A stretch of DNA of 64,000 nt from an uncultured Pseudomonadota bacterium (lineage in GTDB: Bacteria > Pseudomonadota > Alphaproteobacteria > RF32 > CAG-239): assembly GCA_949298065.1 (NCBI GenBank), contig CASFUZ010000005.1:2139-66138 (forward strand), in the 5' to 3' direction. How positions within the stretch are numbered: the stretch's first letter is position 1; every line of letters begins with the position of its first letter. A model generated the notes under the pieces. The model had not been told where the DNA came from. It ran no database searches and saw only the letters and a list, made by a program, of their open reading frames with translations. Positions 29,098 through 38,307 of this stretch are shown piece after piece. The translations under genes were made by a program, and so were the position numbers.

Positions 29098-30221
29098 GCT
29101 CCAAAAATAACCACCTGTTTTCCGCCATCATGCTGAGCCTTTTGGATAGCAAGAATGGCTTGCTCAATCAGCTTCTTAGCCGAAGCTGCCGGATCTGGGA
29201 AAATACTAACCCCGACAGAAGTCTCTAAACGATGCTCGGCGAAATTATCCGCGACAGGTTCATCTAAAGCAGCCTTAACGCGCTTAATCTCTACATCCAA
29301 ATTTTCTAAATTATCAACATTTGGAATCAATATCCAGAACTGATATTTTAAGCCTGTTGCAACAGTAAAAGTTTTCTTCAGGCTCAAGACCAATCTTTCG
29401 GCAATTTTGCGCAAAATAAAATCATCAATTCCCAAACTCTTAAAAGATTTCAAGTTATCAACACTTACTCCGATTAGAGCAATCATATTTTTCTTTTGAC
29501 GAATATCTTTATAATTTTCGGCATTCACCGCCATTTGCACACGATCTTCCAACAAATAAAAATTAGGAAGACCTGTTAAGTCATCATACAAACCCGAAAC
29601 CAAATTAATTTTTGTAATAATTCTGCTCCCGACAAGAATAAAAGTAAAATGTTGGTTATCGGGCAAATAAACAGCATCAAAATTCATTCGCTGTACTTTG
29701 TTATCTGGCAGCTTCAGGCGCACCATCAGACTTTTGTCATTAGTTAACATTTCGCCGATATTCTCGGCCAACAAATTCCAATCTTCTTTAACCACAAATT
29801 TCAGGAAATTTTTTTTTAAAACATCATCTTCACCAGCCACACCGAGAATTTTTAAGAAAGTTTTGTTGGCATACTCAATTTTATCATCTCTGACAATAAC
29901 AAAAGAACGCTCTGAATTTTTAAATACTTTATTGATAATATCTTTAAGATGAACGTCTGCATCTTCAATAAAATCCTGCACAACAAAATCCGTCATTTCT
30001 TGCTTATCAGACTTTAAAGTTTGCTTAATAGTCTTAAGTTTTGGCGTTTCATTCAAACTTTCCAAAGAATCCAAATCCACATTAAAATTTTTAGCCGCAC
30101 TTAAAATACCCAAATCAACATTATGTTTAAGATTTTTATCACCGACTCCTTCCAAAAAGGCAATTGTATCGGTATCAAAAACCAAATTCTGATTATTATC
30201 ACTCATTACAAATTTCCGCAT
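29094..30221 (-). CDS. Degenerate GGDEF-domain protein (PAS-like N-terminus), predicted catalytically inactive
   Basis: 375 aa. GGDEF-domain landmarks DDLTGLPN and the C-terminal QAILAIQKAQHDGGKQVV are present. The GG(D/E)EF position reads ATGLKYQFWIL and the RxxD I-site is absent. Confidence 0.6.
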   Translation of the reverse strand: MRKFVMSDNNQNLVFDTDTIAFLEGVGDKNLKHNVDLGILSAAKNFNVDLDSLESLNETPKLKTIKQTLKSDKQEMTDFVVQDFIEDADVHLKDIINKVFKNSERSFVIVRDDKIEYANKTFLKILGVAGEDDVLKKNFLKFVVKEDWNLLAENIGEMLTNDKSLMVRLKLPDNKVQRMNFDAVYLPDNQHFTFILVGSRIITKINLVSGLYDDLTGLPNFYLLEDRVQMAVNAENYKDIRQKKNMIALIGVSVDNLKSFKSLGIDDFILRKIAERLVLSLKKTFTVATGLKYQFWILIPNVDNLENLDVEIKRVKAALDEPVADNFAEHRLETSVGVSIFPDPAASAKKLIEQAILAIQKAQHDGGKQVVIFGA

Positions 30222-30344
30222 AAAACCTCAAAGCAAGATTATCTTAAAATGATTATTTCCAAAAAACAATCAAATATTTGCTCTTTATTAACTTTAATTT
30301 GTTAACATAAACAAAAATTAAATAATAACTAACGGATATTCAAC

Positions 30345-32387
30345 ATGGCAGAAGCAGAAGAAGAAAACGAAGCCCCAGAAGAAAAGCCCGTTCAACCGGA
30401 AACAGAAAGTAACGGAGAAATCGGAGCTAACAAATTTTTAGTCAAAGAAAGATTTGAAATAGACTATGCACAACCGCTCCCCTGGCTTGATTGTAACGGA
30501 GCCAAAGCCTATCGTGTGATAGACCGCATAGATACCAAACGCGGCCTTTTTGCTCTGCTCTGTAGCAACAAAACCTGCCCACGCTCCACCATTTTGCCCT
30601 ACATCAAATCTCTTGAATGCCGAAGCTTAATGAAACTCGTAGAGTTTGGCATTGTAACCTGGTTGCCGGAAAAATCGCGAAACCTTGCGCTTATCTATAA
30701 AATCCCTTATGGCAAAGTTTTTGAAGGAGGCAAAACCACATTAGATATTCGCAATTCAGAAAAATTTAAAAGCACGCTCATTAGCCTGCTTTCAGTAGTT
30801 GAGGCACTAAAAAACTATAACATAACCCACAGAGCCATACGCGCCGATAATCTTTATTATGCCAATGCAGATAAAACCGAAATTATGATTGGCGATTGTT
30901 GCGCATCATTTCCAAGCTTTCATCAACCTCCGGCATACGAAACTATAGAAAATATGCTTTCCATAGCAGAAGGAAGAGGTAATGGAAGCGAAAAAAATGA
31001 CATATATGCGATTGGTGCGGTCATGATGGCCTTATACTTAGGGCATGAAGTTGGAACAGATTTAAGTTTACCGGAACTTTTAAGGCTAAAATCCAAAAAA
31101 GGAAGTTACCAAACCTTACTTGGAGATGAACATATTCCAAATCAAATTTCGCCGATACTCCGTAATTTATTAACGGACAACATTGAAAATCGCCTGAACT
31201 ACATACAAGTCTACAACCTTTTAGATGGAAAGACAAGCAATTACACATCAGCCACGAGTACGGATCGCCCCAAAAGAACCATATCCTTTAACGGAGAAAA
31301 ATTTTATAACACCCGAGATTTTGCCATAGCACTCAGCAATTCACCGGAAGAAGCTTATGAACTCGTAAAATCCGGCAAATTACTGGATTGGGTAAAAAAC
31401 GGCTTAGAAAACGAAAAACTGGCAGGAAAGATTGAAAAAATATTAAATGCTTTTCCAGAAGGCACAACCTCCACAGAAGTTCTGATGTCAAAGATTTGCA
31501 TTTTACTTTCCCCAGACCTTCCAATCAAACTAAACAACCTCTGTTTATTTCCCGATGGTGCCCCCAAAGCCATCTACTATGCGTTGCGCAATAGCACGGA
31601 CACCACCCCGTTCAAGGAACTTTTTTCCACAGAAATAATCAAACTTTGGTATCAGGAACAAGAACATATGCGCTCACCCGCCAATGCTGGAGAGTTTCGC
31701 ATTTATGTCAATCGGCAAGATATCGGCTATGGAATAGACCGCATAATGTATGACTTTGATGACGACATTCCCTGTGTAAGCCCCTTATTAGGAGATGAAT
31801 TTGTCAATTCTCCGACCAGAATTTTAAGAGCATTAGATAATACATATGCCAAACAAATTGTTAAAAGCATGCCTTATGACCGAAACATTATAGCCTATCT
31901 TAGATGTAAAATGGGAAAAAAAATAGATGGAATTTTAACAGATTTAAGCACCAACAAAGAATATTTACAAGCCAGTGCCGTATTAAGATTATATACCTCA
32001 ATGCAAAATAAATTCGGACCGGCACAACTGCCGCATTTATCGCAATGGCTGTCAAGCTCATCAATGTCCATAATCAAGAGTTATCATAATCTCAAATATC
32101 AAAAATTTTTAGAAAGAGAATTACTTAAGATCAATAAAAATGGCAAACTCCATGAGCTTTGCGACATTTTGGAAGATGAAGAAGCACGCAACAAAGACAA
32201 AGCGAACTATGCCAAAGCCGTAAGCGACATAAACTTTTTACTTGCCGAAAAAAACAAAATACTTAACAACAGCTCCAAATTAGATGATGATGCGCGTAAT
32301 CTAGCCATACGCTTTACCTCTATTTTAGCAATAATGGTCATGCTTGTATCATTTCTGTTCAACCTCATCATGTGGATATTACAATGA
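30345..32387 (+). CDS. Membrane-anchored protein with eukaryotic-like (Hanks-type) protein-kinase fold and divergent catalytic loop
   Basis: 680 aa. ITHRAIRADNLYY aligns to the HRDLKPENL catalytic loop with the HRD Asp replaced by Ala. IMIGDCCASF aligns to the DFG region. DIYAIGAVMMALYLG aligns to subdomain IX. Acidic N-terminus and a single C-terminal TM (ILAIMVMLVSFLFNLIMWIL). Confidence 0.5.
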   Translation: MAEAEEENEAPEEKPVQPETESNGEIGANKFLVKERFEIDYAQPLPWLDCNGAKAYRVIDRIDTKRGLFALLCSNKTCPRSTILPYIKSLECRSLMKLVEFGIVTWLPEKSRNLALIYKIPYGKVFEGGKTTLDIRNSEKFKSTLISLLSVVEALKNYNITHRAIRADNLYYANADKTEIMIGDCCASFPSFHQPPAYETIENMLSIAEGRGNGSEKNDIYAIGAVMMALYLGHEVGTDLSLPELLRLKSKKGSYQTLLGDEHIPNQISPILRNLLTDNIENRLNYIQVYNLLDGKTSNYTSATSTDRPKRTISFNGEKFYNTRDFAIALSNSPEEAYELVKSGKLLDWVKNGLENEKLAGKIEKILNAFPEGTTSTEVLMSKICILLSPDLPIKLNNLCLFPDGAPKAIYYALRNSTDTTPFKELFSTEIIKLWYQEQEHMRSPANAGEFRIYVNRQDIGYGIDRIMYDFDDDIPCVSPLLGDEFVNSPTRILRALDNTYAKQIVKSMPYDRNIIAYLRCKMGKKIDGILTDLSTNKEYLQASAVLRLYTSMQNKFGPAQLPHLSQWLSSSSMSIIKSYHNLKYQKFLERELLKINKNGKLHELCDILEDEEARNKDKANYAKAVSDINFLLAEKNKILNNSSKLDDDARNLAIRFTSILAIMVMLVSFLFNLIMWILQ

Positions 32388-32869
32388 AAAAAGAACAAAA
32401 TAAAAAACCGCTAATAAACTTAAAAAAATCATACAACAAGCTATCCATCGCTCAAAAACTACTTTTGTTCATAGGATTGATATTCATTGTAATTAGCACT
32501 TTGCCGGCCGTAATGGTATTATTGATAGGTTTGCTGCCAACATTCACTATATTAATAACAGATCCCAAGAACACCGATAAATTAGTCATAATCGGAAGCT
32601 TTAATTTAGCTGGAGTATTTATTTACTTGATGAATGTTATCAACACCTTCACCCTACATAATGCTTTCTTTATTGTTGGAGATGTATTTAATCTTATCAT
32701 TATGTTAGGATCAGCAGGTTTGGGTTTAGTTGCCTATTACGAAATTCCCAATCTTTTTATATTTATTTCCAAAGCTTCAGCCCAAAAACGCCTCAAAAAC
32801 ATTGACAATAAACTCGCACGTTTAGCCGAAGAGTGGGGAACAGATTTAATAGACCGCCAGAAAGAATAA
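32384..32869 (+). CDS. Hypothetical integral membrane protein
   Basis: ~161 aa from MKKEQNKK with an ATGA overlap with the upstream gene. Three or four hydrophobic helices. Confidence 0.45.
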   Translation: MKKEQNKKPLINLKKSYNKLSIAQKLLLFIGLIFIVISTLPAVMVLLIGLLPTFTILITDPKNTDKLVIIGSFNLAGVFIYLMNVINTFTLHNAFFIVGDVFNLIIMLGSAGLGLVAYYEIPNLFIFISKASAQKRLKNIDNKLARLAEEWGTDLIDRQKE

Positions 32870-32876
32870 GCTAAAA

Positions 32877-32900
32877 AACTCCCTGAAGGGAGTTTTTTTA
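32877..32900. terminator. Bidirectional terminator shared by the membrane-protein gene (+) and rpoH (-)
   Basis: aactccctgaagggagtt hairpin flanked by A-run and T-run. Confidence 0.7.
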
Positions 32901-33800
32901 TAATGCAATCGCTTTTCTAATTTTCTTAATAGAATTAAGCTCAATTTGGCGCACACGCTCTTTGGAAATACAATAAGCTTTACTCAAATCATCAAGTGTA
33001 ACAGCCTTTTCAGCCAAGCGCCTTTTAAATAAAATATCTTTTTCTCTCTGATTAAGGCAACTCAAAGCCTTCTGAAATAACTTTCGGCGATAACGCAATG
33101 TTTCACTATAGGCCAAGACATCTTCCTGATTAGGCTTAGAATCTGAAATAAAATCAATCCATTCGGTCGTATGCTCCGAAGAATTATCCAACACAGAGTT
33201 AAGAGAACCATCATGTGATCCTAAACGCATATTCATATCCGTAACATCTTGTACTGTCACATCCAAAGAAGATGCAATATTTCCAAGAACCTCCTGAGAT
33301 AAATCTCTGTCATCAATAAGATTAAGTTTATTTTTAATTTTCCGTAAATTGAAAAAGAGCTTCTTCTGAGCAGCAGTTGTACCGATTTTAACCAAAGACC
33401 AAGAGCTTAAAATATATTTTTGAACCGATGCCTTAATCCACCATAAAGCATAGGTTGAGAAGCGAAAACCTTTACTAGGGTCAAACTTATCTACAGCATA
33501 TAATAAGCCAATATTTCCCTCCGAAATCATCTCTCCGACAGGCAAACCATAGCCTCTGTATTTTGAAACAACTTTAACGACCAATCTAAGATGTGAAGTA
33601 ATTAACTTATAAGCAATTTTTTCATCTTTTGTTTCCTTATATTTTGTAGCCAAGCGAAATTCTTCATCTTGCTCCAAAATTGGAAATTTTCTGATACTTT
33701 GTAAATATCTTGCCAAATTAAATTCTGGTGAAAAGTCAAGTCCATTAAGAGCGAAAGCGCTGTCCATAAGGTTTCTCCTCTTCCGATGTTGACTTTTCAA
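32898..33800 (-). CDS. rpoH: RNA polymerase sigma-32 (heat-shock) factor RpoH
   Basis: 300 aa. Sigma-70 regions 2 and 4. The RpoH box (ATTAAQKKLFFNLRK) is present. Confidence 0.9.
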   Translation of the reverse strand: MKSQHRKRRNLMDSAFALNGLDFSPEFNLARYLQSIRKFPILEQDEEFRLATKYKETKDEKIAYKLITSHLRLVVKVVSKYRGYGLPVGEMISEGNIGLLYAVDKFDPSKGFRFSTYALWWIKASVQKYILSSWSLVKIGTTAAQKKLFFNLRKIKNKLNLIDDRDLSQEVLGNIASSLDVTVQDVTDMNMRLGSHDGSLNSVLDNSSEHTTEWIDFISDSKPNQEDVLAYSETLRYRRKLFQKALSCLNQREKDILFKRRLAEKAVTLDDLSKAYCISKERVRQIELNSIKKIRKAIAL

Positions 33801-33849
33801 CGTTAAATAAGAGAAAGCTAAATTACAACCTATTCTTTAGTTTTAATAT

Positions 33850-34830
33850 TTATACTTGTTGTAGTTTATCAAGAAGCAATTGAATATCTTGTGGAAACTC
33901 TGAAACAAATTGCAATTTTTGCCCACTTCTTGGATGAACAAAACCAAGAGAAGCAGCATGTAAAGCTTGCCGCGGAAAGTCATTTACAAAAGCCAACACA
34001 TCTGCACTCAATCCTTTAAGGGAAGTTTTTTTACTTTTTACATAAAGTTGGTCGCCGACAAGATTACAACCGATTAAAGCCATATGCACGCGTATCTGAT
34101 GCGTTCTTCCCGTTTCCAGATTGCACTGAACCAACGCTGCAGCTCCATTAAAATTCTCTAAGGTTTTATAGTTTGTGGCAGCATATTTACCGCCATTTTC
34201 AACCACAGCCATTTTTTTACGGTCAAAGCGGCTGCGTCCGATATTTGCTTCAATTCTGCCATTAAGAGGGTTGGGTAGACCATAAACAACGGCATAATAA
34301 GTTCGTTCAATAGAATGTTCAAAAAACTGTGCACAAAGTCCTTGATGAGCCAAATCATTTTTGGCCACAACCAACAAACCACTGGTATCTTTATCAATCC
34401 GATGAACAATTCCGGGACGTTTAACCCCGCCGATACCGGACAAATTATCCCGACAATGATACAAAAGCGCATTAACCAAAGTTCCGCTATGAGCTCCCGG
34501 AGCAGGATGTACGGTCATTCCGGCCGGTTTATTAACCACCAACAAATCGTCATCTTCAAAAACCACATCTAAAGGAATATTTTCAGGTACAGGCTCAGCC
34601 TCTTTAGCTTCCGGTACAAAGACCTGATAAACATCACCAACCCGTATTTTAAAGGAATTATCGGCAACCGTATCTTCATCACAAGTAACATTTCCGGCAA
34701 GAATCAATCGTTGCGCCTGAGAACGAGACAGTTGTGGCAAAACTCTTGCCAGAAACTTATCTAAGCGTTCTCCTTTATCCGTTTCGCACACGGTTGGTGT
34801 ATAAAAAATATTATCGGAAAAATCATTCAT
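33850..34830 (-). CDS. rluD: 23S rRNA pseudouridine synthase RluD (RluA family with S4 domain)
   Basis: 326 aa. N-terminal S4 domain (RLDKFLA). Catalytic HRIDKDTSGLLVVAKN motif. Conserved rluD-rpoH adjacency. Confidence 0.85.
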   Translation of the reverse strand: MNDFSDNIFYTPTVCETDKGERLDKFLARVLPQLSRSQAQRLILAGNVTCDEDTVADNSFKIRVGDVYQVFVPEAKEAEPVPENIPLDVVFEDDDLLVVNKPAGMTVHPAPGAHSGTLVNALLYHCRDNLSGIGGVKRPGIVHRIDKDTSGLLVVAKNDLAHQGLCAQFFEHSIERTYYAVVYGLPNPLNGRIEANIGRSRFDRKKMAVVENGGKYAATNYKTLENFNGAAALVQCNLETGRTHQIRVHMALIGCNLVGDQLYVKSKKTSLKGLSADVLAFVNDFPRQALHAASLGFVHPRSGQKLQFVSEFPQDIQLLLDKLQQV

Positions 34831-34916
34831 ATTTGCACAAATAAAAAATTTACGATATAGTTACTAATGTGAGGTAACATAAACAAAATAAGGCAATTTG
34901 GCAAGGACAGATTCGG

Positions 34917-35210
34917 ATGGATAAACTAAAACTAGTTAAAACAATCGTATTTATACTAACTTTTCTGCTTGTTTTCGGAAGCCTAATGCTTATCGGCACC
35001 CTTTTCAAAAAGACCAAAACTCTGCCTCGCCTGCCTAAAGAAGTTAATCTGCAAGAACCTATCGGTAGTCGTATATCAGATTTACAAACCAAGGAAAACC
35101 TCCTTTATCTGACCATCCGCGACGGCGGGCTTGCCGATAGAATAATAATTTTTGATACAATAACCGGACAAAAAGTTTCTACCATTTACCTAAATCAGAG
35201 GGAACAATGA
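34917..35210 (+). CDS. Small membrane-anchored/secreted hypothetical protein
   Basis: 97 aa. N-terminal hydrophobic helix (TIVFILTFLLVFGSLMLIGTLF). ATGA overlap with the next ORF. First gene of the coupling-protein block. Confidence 0.4.
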   Translation: MDKLKLVKTIVFILTFLLVFGSLMLIGTLFKKTKTLPRLPKEVNLQEPIGSRISDLQTKENLLYLTIRDGGLADRIIIFDTITGQKVSTIYLNQREQ

Positions 35211-36145
35211 GCGATACAGAGAATGAAGAAACATTAGATTTAAAAACAGAGCTCAAAAGCGAAGAAGCTTTGCCTCAAAATAAAAGCTATGAAGAAGAAA
35301 TCGCCGAAGATGATGAGTTTGAGCGGTTGCTCAACCAATTCATCAACTCCGAGCTGGAAGGCATAGATACCGGAATAGAGGAACCATCAGCCCAACAGGA
35401 GCAAACACCTGCACCTGCGGCTCAAACACAAAACACCTCCCCGAGAAATAAAGGTCCGGAACTGGATACAAACGAAAAAGCTTTGTTTGATGCTTATAAA
35501 AACTTCTCAAACTCCATTATTATGATGGCAAGTATGAATGAGCTTCCCACTCCCGATTTTCGGCTTGATACATCATTGCTTATTCCTCATTACAAATACA
35601 AAACAGGCTCACTGATTGCTTCAGAAGCTATTAGCGGATGGGAAATTATGCTCCAACTTCATCCGGAAGAACTTCAAGGCCTAAGCCCTGACACTTCAGA
35701 TGAAGAATTGTTAGATTTTGCCGAACGCTGTGAAGATGAACTTTTGCAGCTTGCCATTATCTCTTATGTTGAAATCTTAATAGAAATGGAAGGCTGTGAG
35801 ATAGCCATTGAAGAACGCCGCCTCAAAGCCCAACGCCGCAAGATAGAAAAAGAGATTTATGAGGAACATCAACGCCGCTTAGAACGCAAACAACGCTATA
35901 TTGAGGCTATTAAGAAAAAAGATTTTCCGATTGATGCCGAACGCTTGGTAACCAACTATTTCCGCACGGCGCAAAAAGACCCAGATGGGGCCTATCAGGT
36001 TCTGATAAACAATCCGGCAGTTTACGCCCCCATAGACACCGCCAAAATCAAGCCGCGCTTTTTTGGGCTCATTAAGCCCACCCCACAAGACGGTATCAGA
36101 ATAAACCGTGAAATCGGAGAATTTTTAAAAAGGCTAAAAGTTTAG
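35207..36145 (+). CDS. Acidic hypothetical protein (candidate secretion substrate or adaptor)
   Basis: 312 aa. Highly acidic N-terminal half, coiled-coil region, positively charged C-terminus (KIKPRFFGLIKP...INREIGEFLKRLKV). No known domain recognised. Confidence 0.45.
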   Translation: MSDTENEETLDLKTELKSEEALPQNKSYEEEIAEDDEFERLLNQFINSELEGIDTGIEEPSAQQEQTPAPAAQTQNTSPRNKGPELDTNEKALFDAYKNFSNSIIMMASMNELPTPDFRLDTSLLIPHYKYKTGSLIASEAISGWEIMLQLHPEELQGLSPDTSDEELLDFAERCEDELLQLAIISYVEILIEMEGCEIAIEERRLKAQRRKIEKEIYEEHQRRLERKQRYIEAIKKKDFPIDAERLVTNYFRTAQKDPDGAYQVLINNPAVYAPIDTAKIKPRFFGLIKPTPQDGIRINREIGEFLKRLKV

Positions 36146-36225
36146 CGAAAATATAAAAAATATAGACAAAAAAGATTTTTAATGCTAGAATATAGTTAAA
36201 TAAAAAGACTGACAGGACAAAAACA

Positions 36226-37719
36226 ATGGCTGACACTCATGATACAACAAAACCACATCCGGAACCGCAACCCCGTCCGGAGCCTAAACCTACGGTCAAA
36301 TCTGACGAAGCAGCTCCATCCGGCCAGCAAAACACTGATGACAAAACCGCCACTTTTAACGAAAACAGCGGCTCGGAAAATACTGCCCAAGTCAATCAAG
36401 ATGTCTCTTTTGACTCATTGTCCGTCAGCGAACAACAAGATTACCTCACCATCTTGGAAGAAAAAAACAAGCGAGGCCTACTTTCAGTCAGTGAAAAAGC
36501 CGTCTTAGATAATAATAAAAATAACGACAAGACCACCGGTAATAGAAATGTTGGTGATTTTGGTGCCAGAGATGGTGATGAAAATGAAGATCCTGATCCA
36601 GAGAAAAAAGGTCCTTTCAAAGAAAAAGATGTCATTAAATATATGTATGAAGACTGGCTTTTGGAAGGAGCTAACTGGCTTTGGTGTAAGACCGCTGCCA
36701 AGCTGGACAAAGGAGCTTATTGGGCTCAGCAAAAGATTCTTGAACGTATGGCTGAAAAGCGCTTAGAAAAGAACAAAGTTTACGATACGGAAGCCAGACA
36801 TGAACAAATAGCTAAACGCGCCATATCCTCTGGTCAAACTAATATGGATGCCGTCCAAAAGCACGAAGATGCTCAGCTCAAGAACCTCAAACTTCTTAAA
36901 GAAGGCAAATATGCCGAAGCTAATGTTTCAGCCACGACCAAAGTTCTGTTAGAAAACATGGACGACAAAGAAAAAGCGCAATTCTTTAAGATTTCTGAAC
37001 AAGGTATCAAGAATTTTTACAACAATATCAGAATGGCAGAACAATTTGGCTCAAATTACGCACAAGCCGGCATGACCTTTGATCTTGCACAAAACAAAGA
37101 CTACTACCAAGGCAAAAACTTAACTGAAGAATTTGAGAAACAAAAAGCCCATGCCATGCAGCTTTTCGCCAGAAGAATAGACGAAGCCGTCAAGCGTGGT
37201 GAAGACCCGATGAAAGTTGCCGCCAAACTCTTTAATATGTCTAAAAAGGCACTTGAAGCTTCCAACAAGACCATAGAAAAGCGCAAATTTTCAGAAGCAG
37301 ACAAGAAACCAAATAAAGATAAAACTATTCTTAAAAATGGTAACTTAGTTACATACATCAGCAAAATGAGCGATGAGCTCAAAACCATAGCCACTCCAGC
37401 ACAAGGACAAAAACGTGGTATGTATGAAGCTGCGGTTGCTGACATGAATTTTGACAAAGAGGCAAACTTAAGCCAAGAAGAGATTAACAAAGCTTTTGCA
37501 ACAATGCTAATACAGAAAGACGAAAATAACCAACACCGAGGCCGTATTGCAGAGCTCAAACAAAAACTCGGTCTAACCACTGAAAATATGGATGAATTTA
37601 CCAAGATTTACAACCGAAGACAAAAACAAATACGGACTAGGGAATATAACCAACGTGCCGCAGACACATTATCCGGCATGGCCGCATTGGGAAGCCATAT
37701 GTCCGGAGGACGTGATTAA
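36226..37719 (+). CDS. Hypothetical protein with Pro-rich N-terminus and coiled coils (candidate effector)
   Basis: 497 aa. PHPEPQPRPEPKP repeat, long coiled-coil segments, Arg-rich C-terminus (NRRQKQIRTREYNQR). No known domain recognised. Confidence 0.45.
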   Translation: MADTHDTTKPHPEPQPRPEPKPTVKSDEAAPSGQQNTDDKTATFNENSGSENTAQVNQDVSFDSLSVSEQQDYLTILEEKNKRGLLSVSEKAVLDNNKNNDKTTGNRNVGDFGARDGDENEDPDPEKKGPFKEKDVIKYMYEDWLLEGANWLWCKTAAKLDKGAYWAQQKILERMAEKRLEKNKVYDTEARHEQIAKRAISSGQTNMDAVQKHEDAQLKNLKLLKEGKYAEANVSATTKVLLENMDDKEKAQFFKISEQGIKNFYNNIRMAEQFGSNYAQAGMTFDLAQNKDYYQGKNLTEEFEKQKAHAMQLFARRIDEAVKRGEDPMKVAAKLFNMSKKALEASNKTIEKRKFSEADKKPNKDKTILKNGNLVTYISKMSDELKTIATPAQGQKRGMYEAAVADMNFDKEANLSQEEINKAFATMLIQKDENNQHRGRIAELKQKLGLTTENMDEFTKIYNRRQKQIRTREYNQRAADTLSGMAALGSHMSGGRD

Positions 37720-38219
37720 TGATAAAAAAAATATTCAAATTTCTCAAAGCATTGGTTGTAGGTTCAATTTGGACGGTTATTTTTGTTTACATCGCCGAAA
37801 ATATTATGATATATTTATGGAACTTTGACATCCTAAACACGCGCGATTGGCAAATCATTAATAGCTTTTGGGAAAGTGGTGGCAAAATCAAAGCCGGAAA
37901 AGACTACATTTTTATTTTAATGCTCCTAGCTCTCATTCCTTTGTGGTTTTGTGGTTGGAAATATTTTTATCATGTAGATTTCATAAAAGTTTTATTATTC
38001 CCGATAACTTGGTATAATAACCGAATGATAAAAAAATATGGAGAGAACACAAAGCGCATTGTTCTCAAGAACATGGGCACCACAAAAACCAAGCCCAATA
38101 TGGAAGAGATTATTGAAAAAAGATTAAAAGAAAGCAGCAAGCCGCGAGAGAAAGAAACCGGAAAGATTCGTCAATCCATTCACGACAGAATAACTGCTTC
38201 AGAACAAAATAAACAATAA
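37719..38219 (+). CDS. Membrane protein, paralogue of the N-terminal domain of the next ORF
   Basis: 166 aa. WNFDILNTRDWQIINSFWESGG...IFILMLLALIPLWFCGW aligns with WRFDIFNNDHWLYAWNKWNEGW...AFVLIILTFIPLWLTGW of the ORF at 38308. Confidence 0.5.
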   Translation: MIKKIFKFLKALVVGSIWTVIFVYIAENIMIYLWNFDILNTRDWQIINSFWESGGKIKAGKDYIFILMLLALIPLWFCGWKYFYHVDFIKVLLFPITWYNNRMIKKYGENTKRIVLKNMGTTKTKPNMEEIIEKRLKESSKPREKETGKIRQSIHDRITASEQNKQ

Positions 38220-38307
38220 CACTAAGCACTTTTTAACCAATTACGGAGTAATATTTATAGTATAAGGAATAATCTGCCCGACCAGCAGATAAAAATTGGA
38301 GAATAAC

